A stretch of DNA of 38,365 bases, from contig JAJFGH010000097.1 in NCBI GenBank assembly GCA_021776275.1, forward strand, positions 1 to 38,365, in the 5' to 3' direction. Position numbers and translations under genes: made by a program. The DNA is from Alphaproteobacteria bacterium. GTDB lineage: Bacteria; Pseudomonadota; Alphaproteobacteria; GCA-2746255. The notes below the pieces were generated by a model, which was given only the letters and a program-made list of their open reading frames with translations, was not told where the DNA came from and searched no databases. Below are positions 9,798 to 17,984 of the stretch, piece after piece. Every line of letters starts with the position of its first letter. Position 1 is the stretch's first letter.

Positions 9798-12543
9798 AAT
9801 GGGCGGCGGCCCAGTCCGAAGCCCAGTTCGTCTCGACGACAATCGGCACGGAAAGCGTCACGGCGGGCGCTGCCGCCTGCTCCATCACCTCGGCGGCAAG
9901 CTTCGCGGTGGCTTCGACTTCGGCATCTGGCGCCTCGAAAACAAGTTCGTCATGCACCTGCAGCAGCATCTTCGCGGCAAGCCCGGCCTTGGCCAACGCG
10001 TCCGGCATGCGGATCATCGCGCGCTTGATAATGTCGGCGGCGGAACCTTGAAGGGGCGCGTTGATGGCGGCGCGCTCGGAAAAATTCCGCCGCGCCGGGT
10101 TCTTGTCCTGGATTCCGGGAACGTAGCAGCGCCGCCCGAAAAGCGTCGTGACAAAACCCTGCTCGCGCGCCAGCGCCTTCGTCGCCTCCATGTAATCGCG
10201 GATGCCGGGATAGCGCTGGAAATACGCTTCGATATAAGCCGCCGCATCCCCTTGCGCGATCCCAAGCTGACGGGCGAGGCCGAAGGGGCTGATGCCGTAG
10301 ATGATCCCGAAATTGATGGCCTTCGCCTGGCGGCGCACCATCGGGTCCATGCCCTCGATCGGCACGCCGAACACCTGAGAGGCGGTCAGCGCATGAATGT
10401 CGACCCCATCCAGAAAGGCTTCGCGCAGGGTGACGATGCCCGCCACTTCCGCCAACAGGCGAAGTTCGATCTGCGAATAATCGGCGGAAAGAAGCTGCGA
10501 GCCTTTTTCCGGAACGAAGGCCTTGCGAATCTTGCGGCCCTCGGGCATGCGGATGGGAATGTTCTGCAAATTCGGATCCGAAGACGCCAGCCTTCCCGTC
10601 GAGGTGCCCGCCATGGCAAACGACGTGTGCACCCGGCCCGTTTCGGGATGCACCTGCTCCATCAGGCTATCCGTATAGGTGCTTTTAAGTTTGGCAATTT
10701 GCCGCCATTCCAAAACCAGGCCCGGCAGCGCATGCCCCCCGGTCGCAAGGTTCTCGAGCACGTCCGCCCCGGTGCCATAGGCGCCCGCCTTCCCCTTCTT
10801 GCCGCCCGCGAAGCCCAGCTCGTCAAACAGCACTTCCCCAAGCTGTTTCGGCGAAGCCACATTGAACGGATGACCGGCCGCCGCATGAATTTTTTCTTCC
10901 AGACCCACCATCCGCTTTGCAAAATCCGTACTTAATTTGCGCAGCTGCGCCTTGTCGACGCGAATGCCCACGCGCTCCATCGCAACCAAAACCGGCACCA
11001 GCGGGCGTTCGATCGTTTCGTAGACCGTTGCCATCCGTTCCTTTGCAAGCCTGGGCTTCAGCAATCGGTAGAGCTTGCCCGTCACGTCCGCATCTTCGGC
11101 CGCGTATTCGCACGCCCGTTCGAGCCCGACCTCGTCGAAACGAAGCTTGCCCCGGCCGCTGCCAACGACGTCTTTGTATTTGATTGTCTCGACCCCAAGA
11201 TGAAGGCGCGCAAGCTCGTCCATCCCATGGCCATGCCGACCGCCCTCGAGAACGTAGGAAATCAGCATCGTGTCGTCGAAAGGGGCAATGGCGATGGCGT
11301 GGCGCGCCATCACCACCATGTCGTATTTCAGGTTCTGACCGACTTTAAGGACGCCCGGATTTTCAAGAAGCGGCTTCAGCGCTTTCAAGGCCGCCTGAAA
11401 ATCGATTTGCGAAAGCGGCCCTTCCGCCTCCCCTTCCAACGCCAATGTCTCCGCCTCCGGCCGACGGTGGGCCAACGGCACGTAGCAGGCTTTGTCCGGG
11501 GCGATGGATAAAGAAAAACCGACCAGCTCGGCCTGCATCGCGTTCAGGCTGGTCGTTTCCGTATCGAAAGCCACCACCCCCGCCGCCACCGCCGCGTCCA
11601 CCCAGGCCTGCAAGCGCGGCACCGTCTGCACCAGCTCATAGGCGTGGGGACCGGATGGCGGGGGCGGCGCCGCGTCGTCGCCCGCCCGCGTCTCGCCCTC
11701 GACCCGCGCCGCCAGGGTCCGGAACCCCTGGGCCAACAGGAACGCCCGCAATTTCTCCGGGTTCAGCGCCTTGACCCGGAAACTATCGATGGCCGCCGGC
11801 ACCGGCACGTCGTCGCGAAGCTCGACCAGCCGCCGCGAGATGCGCGCCAGATCGGCGTTCTCCTGGAGCCGTTCGCGGCGCTTCGGCTGTTTGATCTCGT
11901 CCGCATGGGCGAGCAAATTTTCAAGGTCGCCATATTCCCGGATCAGCTCGGCCGCCGTCTTGACGCCGATGCCCGGAACCCCCGGCACGTTGTCGGTCGA
12001 ATCGCCCGCCAGCGCCTGCACGTCCACCACCCGGTCGGGCGCCACGCCGAATTTCTCTTCCACTTCTTTCGGTCCGATTGTGCGATTGCCCATCGCATCG
12101 AACATCGTGATCTTTTCATCGACAAGCTGCATCAGGTCCTTGTCGGAGGAGACGATCGTCACCTTCGCGCCCTCGCGCGCAGCGGCGCGGGCATAGGTTG
12201 CGATCAAATCGTCCGCCTCGAACCCTTTCAGCTCGATGGCGGGCAAATCGAACGCTTGCGTCGCCTCGCGAATAAGCGGGAATTGCGGGATCAGGTCTTC
12301 CGGCGTTTCCGTCCGGTTCGCCTTGTAATCGGGATAAATATCGTTGCGGAAATTGACCCGGGCCGCGTCGAAAATAATGGCGATGTGGTCGGCGTCCGTG
12401 TCGTCGATCAGTTTCATCAGCATCTGGGTGAAGCCATAGACGGCGCCGACCGGCGTGCCGTCCGGCCGCGTAAGCGGCGGCAGCGCATGATAGGCACGAA
12501 AAATGAATCCAGAGCCATCAACGAGAAAAACGTGCTTGGGCAC
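9796..12543 (-). CDS. polA: DNA polymerase I
   Basis: 5'-3' exonuclease (LVDGSGFIFRAYHA, GDSTDNVPGVPGIG), 3'-5' exonuclease (FDTETT), polymerase motifs DYSQIELR, KAINFGIIYG, QVHDEL. Start GTG 12543 or TTG 12552. Confidence 0.97.
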   Translation of the reverse strand: MPKHVFLVDGSGFIFRAYHALPPLTRPDGTPVGAVYGFTQMLMKLIDDTDADHIAIIFDAARVNFRNDIYPDYKANRTETPEDLIPQFPLIREATQAFDLPAIELKGFEADDLIATYARAAAREGAKVTIVSSDKDLMQLVDEKITMFDAMGNRTIGPKEVEEKFGVAPDRVVDVQALAGDSTDNVPGVPGIGVKTAAELIREYGDLENLLAHADEIKQPKRRERLQENADLARISRRLVELRDDVPVPAAIDSFRVKALNPEKLRAFLLAQGFRTLAARVEGETRAGDDAAPPPPSGPHAYELVQTVPRLQAWVDAAVAAGVVAFDTETTSLNAMQAELVGFSLSIAPDKACYVPLAHRRPEAETLALEGEAEGPLSQIDFQAALKALKPLLENPGVLKVGQNLKYDMVVMARHAIAIAPFDDTMLISYVLEGGRHGHGMDELARLHLGVETIKYKDVVGSGRGKLRFDEVGLERACEYAAEDADVTGKLYRLLKPRLAKERMATVYETIERPLVPVLVAMERVGIRVDKAQLRKLSTDFAKRMVGLEEKIHAAAGHPFNVASPKQLGEVLFDELGFAGGKKGKAGAYGTGADVLENLATGGHALPGLVLEWRQIAKLKSTYTDSLMEQVHPETGRVHTSFAMAGTSTGRLASSDPNLQNIPIRMPEGRKIRKAFVPEKGSQLLSADYSQIELRLLAEVAGIVTLREAFLDGVDIHALTASQVFGVPIEGMDPMVRRQAKAINFGIIYGISPFGLARQLGIAQGDAAAYIEAYFQRYPGIRDYMEATKALAREQGFVTTLFGRRCYVPGIQDKNPARRNFSERAAINAPLQGSAADIIKRAMIRMPDALAKAGLAAKMLLQVHDELVFEAPDAEVEATAKLAAEVMEQAAAPAVTLSVPIVVETNWASDWAAAH

Positions 12544-12562
12544 CGCGCTCAAAACGTCGCGC

Positions 12563-12721
12563 CTAACGGCTTTTCTTGTCCAGAACGAAACGCTGCGAGC
12601 AATAGGGGCAGACAATCTCTCCCTGGTCTTCCATGTCGAGAAAAACGCGGGGGTGCCCCGCCGCGCCGCCGCCATCGCATGCGACGATCGGCTTCTTCAC
12701 GGAAATCGTTTCGTTTTCCAT
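12563..12721 (-). CDS. Zinc-finger (zf-CHCC) domain protein
   Basis: 52 aa: VACDGGG..GHPRVFL...VCPYC, the C-H-CxxC pattern of NDUFS6-like alphaproteobacterial proteins. Confidence 0.88.
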   Translation of the reverse strand: MENETISVKKPIVACDGGGAAGHPRVFLDMEDQGEIVCPYCSQRFVLDKKSR

Positions 12722-12854
12722 CTGGCTCGTCTTTCCTGTCTGGCCTGTCTGGGCCCGAATCCAGGCCCATGGCCTTGATCGCTTCGGCGATTCGACGGAT
12801 GATAGCGATTGCAAGCGCACAATCAACTGTCCGCCCTCTTAAAGCCTGAACCGA

Positions 12855-13844
12855 ATGAACGCTTCCAGCGAAAACCCTGCGGCGACGCCGCCTTGCGAGA
12901 ACGCCATCGCAATCCGCGGCCTGGAAAAAACCTATGGCGGCGGCGTCCATGCCCTTGAGGCGTTCGACCTCACGATCCCGCGCGGCTCCTTCTTCGGCCT
13001 GCTGGGGCCGAACGGGGCCGGAAAATCGACCCTGATCAACGTGCTCGCCGGCCTCGCCATCAAGACGGCGGGCGATGTGAAAATCTGGGGGTTCGATCTC
13101 GACCGCGCCCCCAGGCACGCCCGCGCCGCCATCGGCGTCGTGCCCCAGGAATTGAACATCGACCCTTTTCTCACCCCGCGCGAGGCGCTGGAGGTGCAGG
13201 CCGGGTTTTACGGCGTGCCGAAGAAGGCGCGCCGCACGGACGAAATCCTGCGGGCGCTGCACCTTTCCGATAAGGCGGAGGCGTATGCCCGCGCGCTGTC
13301 GGGCGGCATGCAGCGCCGCCTGCTGATTGCCAAAGCCATGGTGCACAGCCCGCCCATTCTCGTTCTGGACGAGCCGACCGCCGGCGTTGACGTCGAACTT
13401 CGCCAGCAACTTTGGGAGTTGATCCGCGCCCTCAACGCAAAGGGCACGACGGTGCTGCTGACAACCCATTATCTGGAAGAAGCCGAACAGCTTTGCGACC
13501 GCATCGCCATCATCAATCAGGGCCAGCTTGTCGCCTGCGACCAGACGGAAACCTTGCTCCGCCGGATGGACAAACGGGAAATGCTGGTCACTCTCGCCGA
13601 AGATTTGAGCGAAGTGCCCGCCGCGCTAAAGCGCTTTCAGGCCAGCCTGCAGCCGCCACGGGTTCTGCATTTCAAATTCCGCACCAGCGAGACCGGCATC
13701 GGCGATATTTTAAACGCCGTGCATGAAACGGGCCTCACCGTGTCCGACCTGACGACGCGCGAAAGCGATTTGCAGGACCTTTTCCTGCAACTCACGCGAA
13801 GCGCGGCCATCGGGAAAAAGGCGGGACGCGTTGCGAAGGCATAG
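12855..13844 (+). CDS. ABC-2 type transporter ATP-binding protein (YadG-like)
   Basis: GPNGAGKST, LSGGMQRR, LVLDEPTAGVD, LTTHYLEEAE. Confidence 0.93.
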   Translation: MNASSENPAATPPCENAIAIRGLEKTYGGGVHALEAFDLTIPRGSFFGLLGPNGAGKSTLINVLAGLAIKTAGDVKIWGFDLDRAPRHARAAIGVVPQELNIDPFLTPREALEVQAGFYGVPKKARRTDEILRALHLSDKAEAYARALSGGMQRRLLIAKAMVHSPPILVLDEPTAGVDVELRQQLWELIRALNAKGTTVLLTTHYLEEAEQLCDRIAIINQGQLVACDQTETLLRRMDKREMLVTLAEDLSEVPAALKRFQASLQPPRVLHFKFRTSETGIGDILNAVHETGLTVSDLTTRESDLQDLFLQLTRSAAIGKKAGRVAKA

Positions 13845-13969
13845 CGTCTTCCTTTTCCTTTCCATTCTGCTGGCCGCCTGGATTGCCGACCGCAAAGCGG
13901 CGCTGCCTTCCGGCGCCGAAGCGGTGGCGGCCAGCCCCGCCGGGGAGAAAAAATTACGCGCCGGCCCGT

Positions 13970-13998
13970 TTGCGGCGACGCCGCCTTTGGAGTAGGTT
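13970..13998 (+). promoter_or_regulatory. Possible sigma70 promoter of tRNA-Arg
   Basis: TTGCGG-N17-TAGGTT 30 bp upstream of the tRNA; pattern match only. Confidence 0.3.
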
Positions 13999-14028
13999 TT
14001 CTCGCCGGGATTAAACGGTCCGGCATAT

Positions 14029-14087
<59 letters not shown>

Positions 14088-14105
<18 letters not shown>

Positions 14106-15159
14106 AATTTCGGCTGGGCGTCGACGATGTCGTCTTTCAGGCTCAGGACGAAGGCGGCGATGTGAGCATGATTGTTACGGCGGCTGCCGGCCCCCATTGT
14201 GGGCCGGTCGGCGAGCAGGACAGTTGCCTGTCCCGAGGTCTCCCAGAGCATCAAATGCATATTGAGTTAGGTACAGCTACCGCTACAACCAGCTTGGGTG
14301 TTCTTTACATTTCATCATCGTCCTGAACCTAAGCTTCATACGATTTGCAGAATGTGCATTGGCTTAATCGGCTGCCAGCCGCGCACCCATATGAGTGCAA
14401 GCTTGGAGGCGCTACCAATGTCGACAGACTTGGCCTAGTTTGAATCGTCCTTAGCATAAGCATCTGGAATCGAAATGCTCAAAAATATCATCCGATTACG
14501 AACATCGTCATCCGTCGGTTTTTCTGGCAGCGCGTCTGTCCTAAAACGCGCATAGTCAAAAAAGGCGGCTGCATGAAGAGAAAGATGGACAGCATCCCAA
14601 ATCGCTTGATCATATCTCCTTGGCAACTTGATGCGGGGAACACCGGTCGGCTCCACCACTACCTCACCCCCCGGCAAGCTATGCATCCTCGAATCATGCA
14701 CCTGAACCTCTGAAATCAGTTCGCGCAGGGCATGCCCGACTTCATCCTCATCGGCATATTCAATGACTTCCCGCAAAATGGGAACAACATCATCCGGAAG
14801 TTGCGGGAAAGCATCCGCATGCGTTCCATGCTTGGTGATATTCTTTTTGCCAATCAGAGAATAAGTTAGCGCGCGCTCGGCATAGTCAACCAGCCGGCTC
14901 AGAGCCAACGGCATCACCGCGCGGGCCGATTCAAACTTCTTTCTGCGCCGTTCGTTGTTATGACGATCCGATTTCTTAGTTGACCAAACCAATACCGCAA
15001 TAGTGAATATAGCCGCGACAAGTGCGGACAAGCCGGACGCCAGGGCTTCGTGCGCATAAGCCCAGGCCATAAGATCTGTTGCGTAGCAAGTCATGCCGCC
15101 GGCCCCAATTGTTCCGAAACAAACATCGCCTACTGCATCTCGCCGGGTGCGCCAAATTT
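14088..15159. mobile_element. tRNA-anchored genomic islet or remnant bounded by 23 bp direct repeats (attL 14088-14110, attR 15137-15159)
   Basis: atctcgccgggtgcgccaaattt occurs at the tRNA 3' end and again about 1.05 kb downstream. The interior looks more AT-rich than the flanks. No integrase inside. Confidence 0.8.
14435..15094 (-). CDS. Hypothetical protein with N-terminal TM helix (islet cargo)
   Basis: 219 aa ORF with hydrophobic ALASGLSALVAAIFTIAVLVW followed by a basic stretch; no family recognised. Confidence 0.7.
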   Translation of the reverse strand: MTCYATDLMAWAYAHEALASGLSALVAAIFTIAVLVWSTKKSDRHNNERRRKKFESARAVMPLALSRLVDYAERALTYSLIGKKNITKHGTHADAFPQLPDDVVPILREVIEYADEDEVGHALRELISEVQVHDSRMHSLPGGEVVVEPTGVPRIKLPRRYDQAIWDAVHLSLHAAAFFDYARFRTDALPEKPTDDDVRNRMIFLSISIPDAYAKDDSN

Positions 15160-15215
15160 TTCAGTGGGATCGTCGAAGCCACGGCCCCAGGATTAGGAAA
15201 CAGGCGATCGCCGTT

Positions 15216-15788
15216 TTATTTAAACCGCTTGCACTCGCGCGCGCCCTCGCCCCAGAAATCCGCACATTGGGCCTTCGTTATGTCGCCCTTCTCTTTGATC
15301 TTGGCGATGACATAGGCCGCCACCCGGGCAATGTCGGCGTCGCTTAGACGTTTCGCCGGCTTTGGCGGTTTGTCCTCGCCAAGCTCGGCCGCCGTCATGC
15401 CATAACAGTCGTAGCCCTTATAGGCCTTGCGATGAAAAGCGGGCATGCCGGTGCCGGGGCGGCCACAGGCAACCACTTCGACCAGATATTCTTCCGTCAA
15501 AATCGTCTCGCGCAGCGAAAGCGCCGCGCCGCCATACCCGCCGCCGCCGCCGCCATGCCATTTGTGGCAACCGACGCAATTTGCCTTTTTGTAAACCTGC
15601 TTGCCGCGATCCAGATCGGAACTGGCGCCGCCTTCGGCCAGGGCCTCGCCTGCCGCCGGCGCCGTTTCGGAAAGTTCCGCCGCCGTGGAAGCGCTTGGCT
15701 CCAGCTTTCCTCCAAACCAAAGCACGCTCAACATGCCGCAGGCCAACAACACGGCGACGAAAGAGGGAAGAAAAGTGCGAAAATTCAT
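15216..15788 (-). CDS. Monoheme c-type cytochrome, likely electron acceptor of the adjacent PQQ dehydrogenase
   Basis: Signal/TM N-terminus, CVGCH heme motif, GRPGTGMPAF distal Met, four further Cys in the mature domain. Confidence 0.88.
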   Translation of the reverse strand: MNFRTFLPSFVAVLLACGMLSVLWFGGKLEPSASTAAELSETAPAAGEALAEGGASSDLDRGKQVYKKANCVGCHKWHGGGGGGYGGAALSLRETILTEEYLVEVVACGRPGTGMPAFHRKAYKGYDCYGMTAAELGEDKPPKPAKRLSDADIARVAAYVIAKIKEKGDITKAQCADFWGEGARECKRFK

Positions 15789-15845
15789 GGCGGGCGTTTC
15801 CTTAAATCTTAATGGGCTTGCTATGGGTCAGTTTAACACGGCCCA

Positions 15846-15887
15846 AAATAAAAAGGGGTGCTCCGCCTTTTCGGCGAAGCACCCCTT
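15846..15887 (-). terminator. Intrinsic terminator downstream of the PQQ dehydrogenase
   Basis: aaggggtgct-ccgcc...ggcg-aagcacccctt inverted repeat with an A-tract on + (U-tract on -). Confidence 0.75.
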
Positions 15888-15909
15888 CCCCCCTGAACCG
15901 TTCAAGCCG

Positions 15910-17709
15910 CTACGGCAATGCGAAGATGAAAAGCATGCCGCCTGGCTTTATCTTTTCCAGCCCCTTGGTGCCATCGACGAACCATTTCGGCCAGGCGCCG
16001 CCCAGACCAACGGCCAGCGCCACATATTGCTTTCCGTCCACCTCATAGGTGACCGGAGGCGCGTTGATGCCGGCCCCGGTTTCGAAACGCCACAGCTCGT
16101 CGAGCGATTTCCCGTCCAGCGCCACCAGGGCCCCTTCCGGATAGCCGACAAAGACCAAATCGCCGGCCGTCGCCAGAACGCCGCCCAGCATCGGATAGAC
16201 GGTTTCCTGCTTGGCGGCGACCTTGCCGGTCGTCACGTCAACCGCCGTCACGCTGCCGGTAATCGGCTGAAACTGCTTCGGCCCGCCGCCGGTGAACCAT
16301 TCCCGATATTTATGGCTGCCCGGCTCGACCGGCTGGTTGTCGATCTGGTTGCAGCTTTCGATCACCGGAATGTAGACGAGCTTGCGCTCCGGGTTGTAGG
16401 CCATCGGCGGCCAGTTCTTGCCGCCCATATTGCCGGGGCAGGTGCGGCCCGTCTTGTCTTCGCGGGTCGGCGCCGTGCCGGGTTCGTATTTCTGAACATC
16501 CGCATTCGGATCGTAAGAGTTCGGCCGGCCCGTCTTGGGGTCCAGCCCCTTCGTCCAGGTTACCTTTTTGACGAACTGGGTCGCCCACTGGAATTTTCCG
16601 GACTGGCGGTCGAAGGCATAGAGATAGCCGTTGCGATTGGCATGGAGCGCAAGCTTTTTCGCGCCATCCCCTTCCTCAAGATCGACGAGGATATGCTCGG
16701 AAACCGAATCGTAATCATAGGGATCGTTCGGCGTGTATTGGAAATGCCATTTGATTTCGCCGGTCGTCGCATCCAGCGCCAGCACGCTGTTCGTATAAAG
16801 ATTGTCGCCGGGACGATAGGCGTTGTCCCAATCGGGGCTTGGATTGCCGACACCCCAATAGAGGAGGTTCAACTCGGCATCATAGGAACCCGTCACCCAG
16901 GTCGGCCCGCCGCCAGTTTTCCACGCTTCGTGGCTGTCCTTCCAGGTCTCGTGGCCGGGCTCGCCCGGCGCCGGCACCGTATAGGTGCGCCACATTTCCT
17001 TGCCGGTCATCAGGTCCGTCGCCGCCAGCCAGCCGCGAATTCCATATTCGCCCCCGGCAACCCCGGTGATGGCCATGTTCTTGACGATCAAAGGCGCCGC
17101 CGTAATCGTTTCGGATTTGTCGGGATCGGCAATCGTCCGCTCCCAGAGAAGTTCGCCGGTTTTCTTGTCGAGAACCAGCAGACGGCCATCGAGAACGTGG
17201 GAAACCACCTTGTCTTTCCAAAGGGCAACGCCGCGATTGTTCACCCCGCAACAGGTGACGTTGCCGGCCCAGTCGCGATCGATTTCCGGGTCGTATTGCC
17301 AAACGAGTTTCGGCTGGCCTTTGCGAACGTCGTATTTGTAGACGGTCCCCCAACCGTCGGGGATATACAAATAGCCGTCTTCGACGATGGGCGTCGCCTC
17401 ATGGCCGCCATGGGGCCAGATGCCGCCCGCCTCGACGCCGCCAAGGACTATCGTGCCGGTAACCTGCAATTTTTTAATGTTCTTGCGGTTGATGTCGTCC
17501 AGACGGGAGAAACGATGGGCGCCGTAATTGCCGTGATGGGTGATCCAGTTTTCCGGCTCCCGATAGGCGTTCATGAGCCGTTCGTTGGTTACCTGTGCGC
17601 TGGCATCGTTCCGCTGACCGCTCTCGACGAAGAGGGCGAGCGCCAAAAGAACGCCGCCGACGCCCACCAGAATCCAGGGCCATTTCTTTGCGCTTGTCTC
17701 CAATTTCAT
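15910..17709 (-). CDS. PQQ-dependent alcohol dehydrogenase family protein, probably lanthanide-dependent
   Basis: Signal peptide, vicinal CC (TCCGVNNRG), GGEYGIRG, WGVGNPSP, TPNDPYDYDSVSE, CPGNMGGKNW, Trp-docking propeller repeats, C-terminal GKQYVA. Confidence 0.93.
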   Translation of the reverse strand: MKLETSAKKWPWILVGVGGVLLALALFVESGQRNDASAQVTNERLMNAYREPENWITHHGNYGAHRFSRLDDINRKNIKKLQVTGTIVLGGVEAGGIWPHGGHEATPIVEDGYLYIPDGWGTVYKYDVRKGQPKLVWQYDPEIDRDWAGNVTCCGVNNRGVALWKDKVVSHVLDGRLLVLDKKTGELLWERTIADPDKSETITAAPLIVKNMAITGVAGGEYGIRGWLAATDLMTGKEMWRTYTVPAPGEPGHETWKDSHEAWKTGGGPTWVTGSYDAELNLLYWGVGNPSPDWDNAYRPGDNLYTNSVLALDATTGEIKWHFQYTPNDPYDYDSVSEHILVDLEEGDGAKKLALHANRNGYLYAFDRQSGKFQWATQFVKKVTWTKGLDPKTGRPNSYDPNADVQKYEPGTAPTREDKTGRTCPGNMGGKNWPPMAYNPERKLVYIPVIESCNQIDNQPVEPGSHKYREWFTGGGPKQFQPITGSVTAVDVTTGKVAAKQETVYPMLGGVLATAGDLVFVGYPEGALVALDGKSLDELWRFETGAGINAPPVTYEVDGKQYVALAVGLGGAWPKWFVDGTKGLEKIKPGGMLFIFALP

Positions 17710-17984
17710 GGAGGACCTCCCCATCCTAACTGTGTTTTTTTGCCCCCGGCCGGGCCGGTCTTTGTCTTTGGGTTCTCATGATGCCGCCTTCTCGATGAAC
17801 TGCCAAGCTCCTTTTCCGGGCTGGAAAATCGTTGCGTTTCCGCGATTTTTTTCAGACCTGGCCTGGCCCAAACGGCGCAATTTTCGGTTGATGCGGGAGG
17901 GGTGCTGCCCCACACTCCCCTGGCTTCGCCGGGCCTTTTAAGCCGCGCCAGGCAGAAAAAATAGACGTTCAAACGAGGAACCCC

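Noticed and set aside
12855-13844. Orphan ABC ATPase as exporter for the repeat peptide
   Set aside because: It is a YadG-like core gene next to the zinc-finger gene and polA, about 7 kb away, and the peptide has its own Tat-type signal.
15601-17781. 726 aa ORF on + (and similar long antisense ORFs at 1100-2221, 5772-7526, 9778-10935, 17706-18788, 25014-26072)
   Set aside because: These are shadows of well-supported genes on the opposite strand, expected in GC-rich DNA, and have no recognisable motifs.
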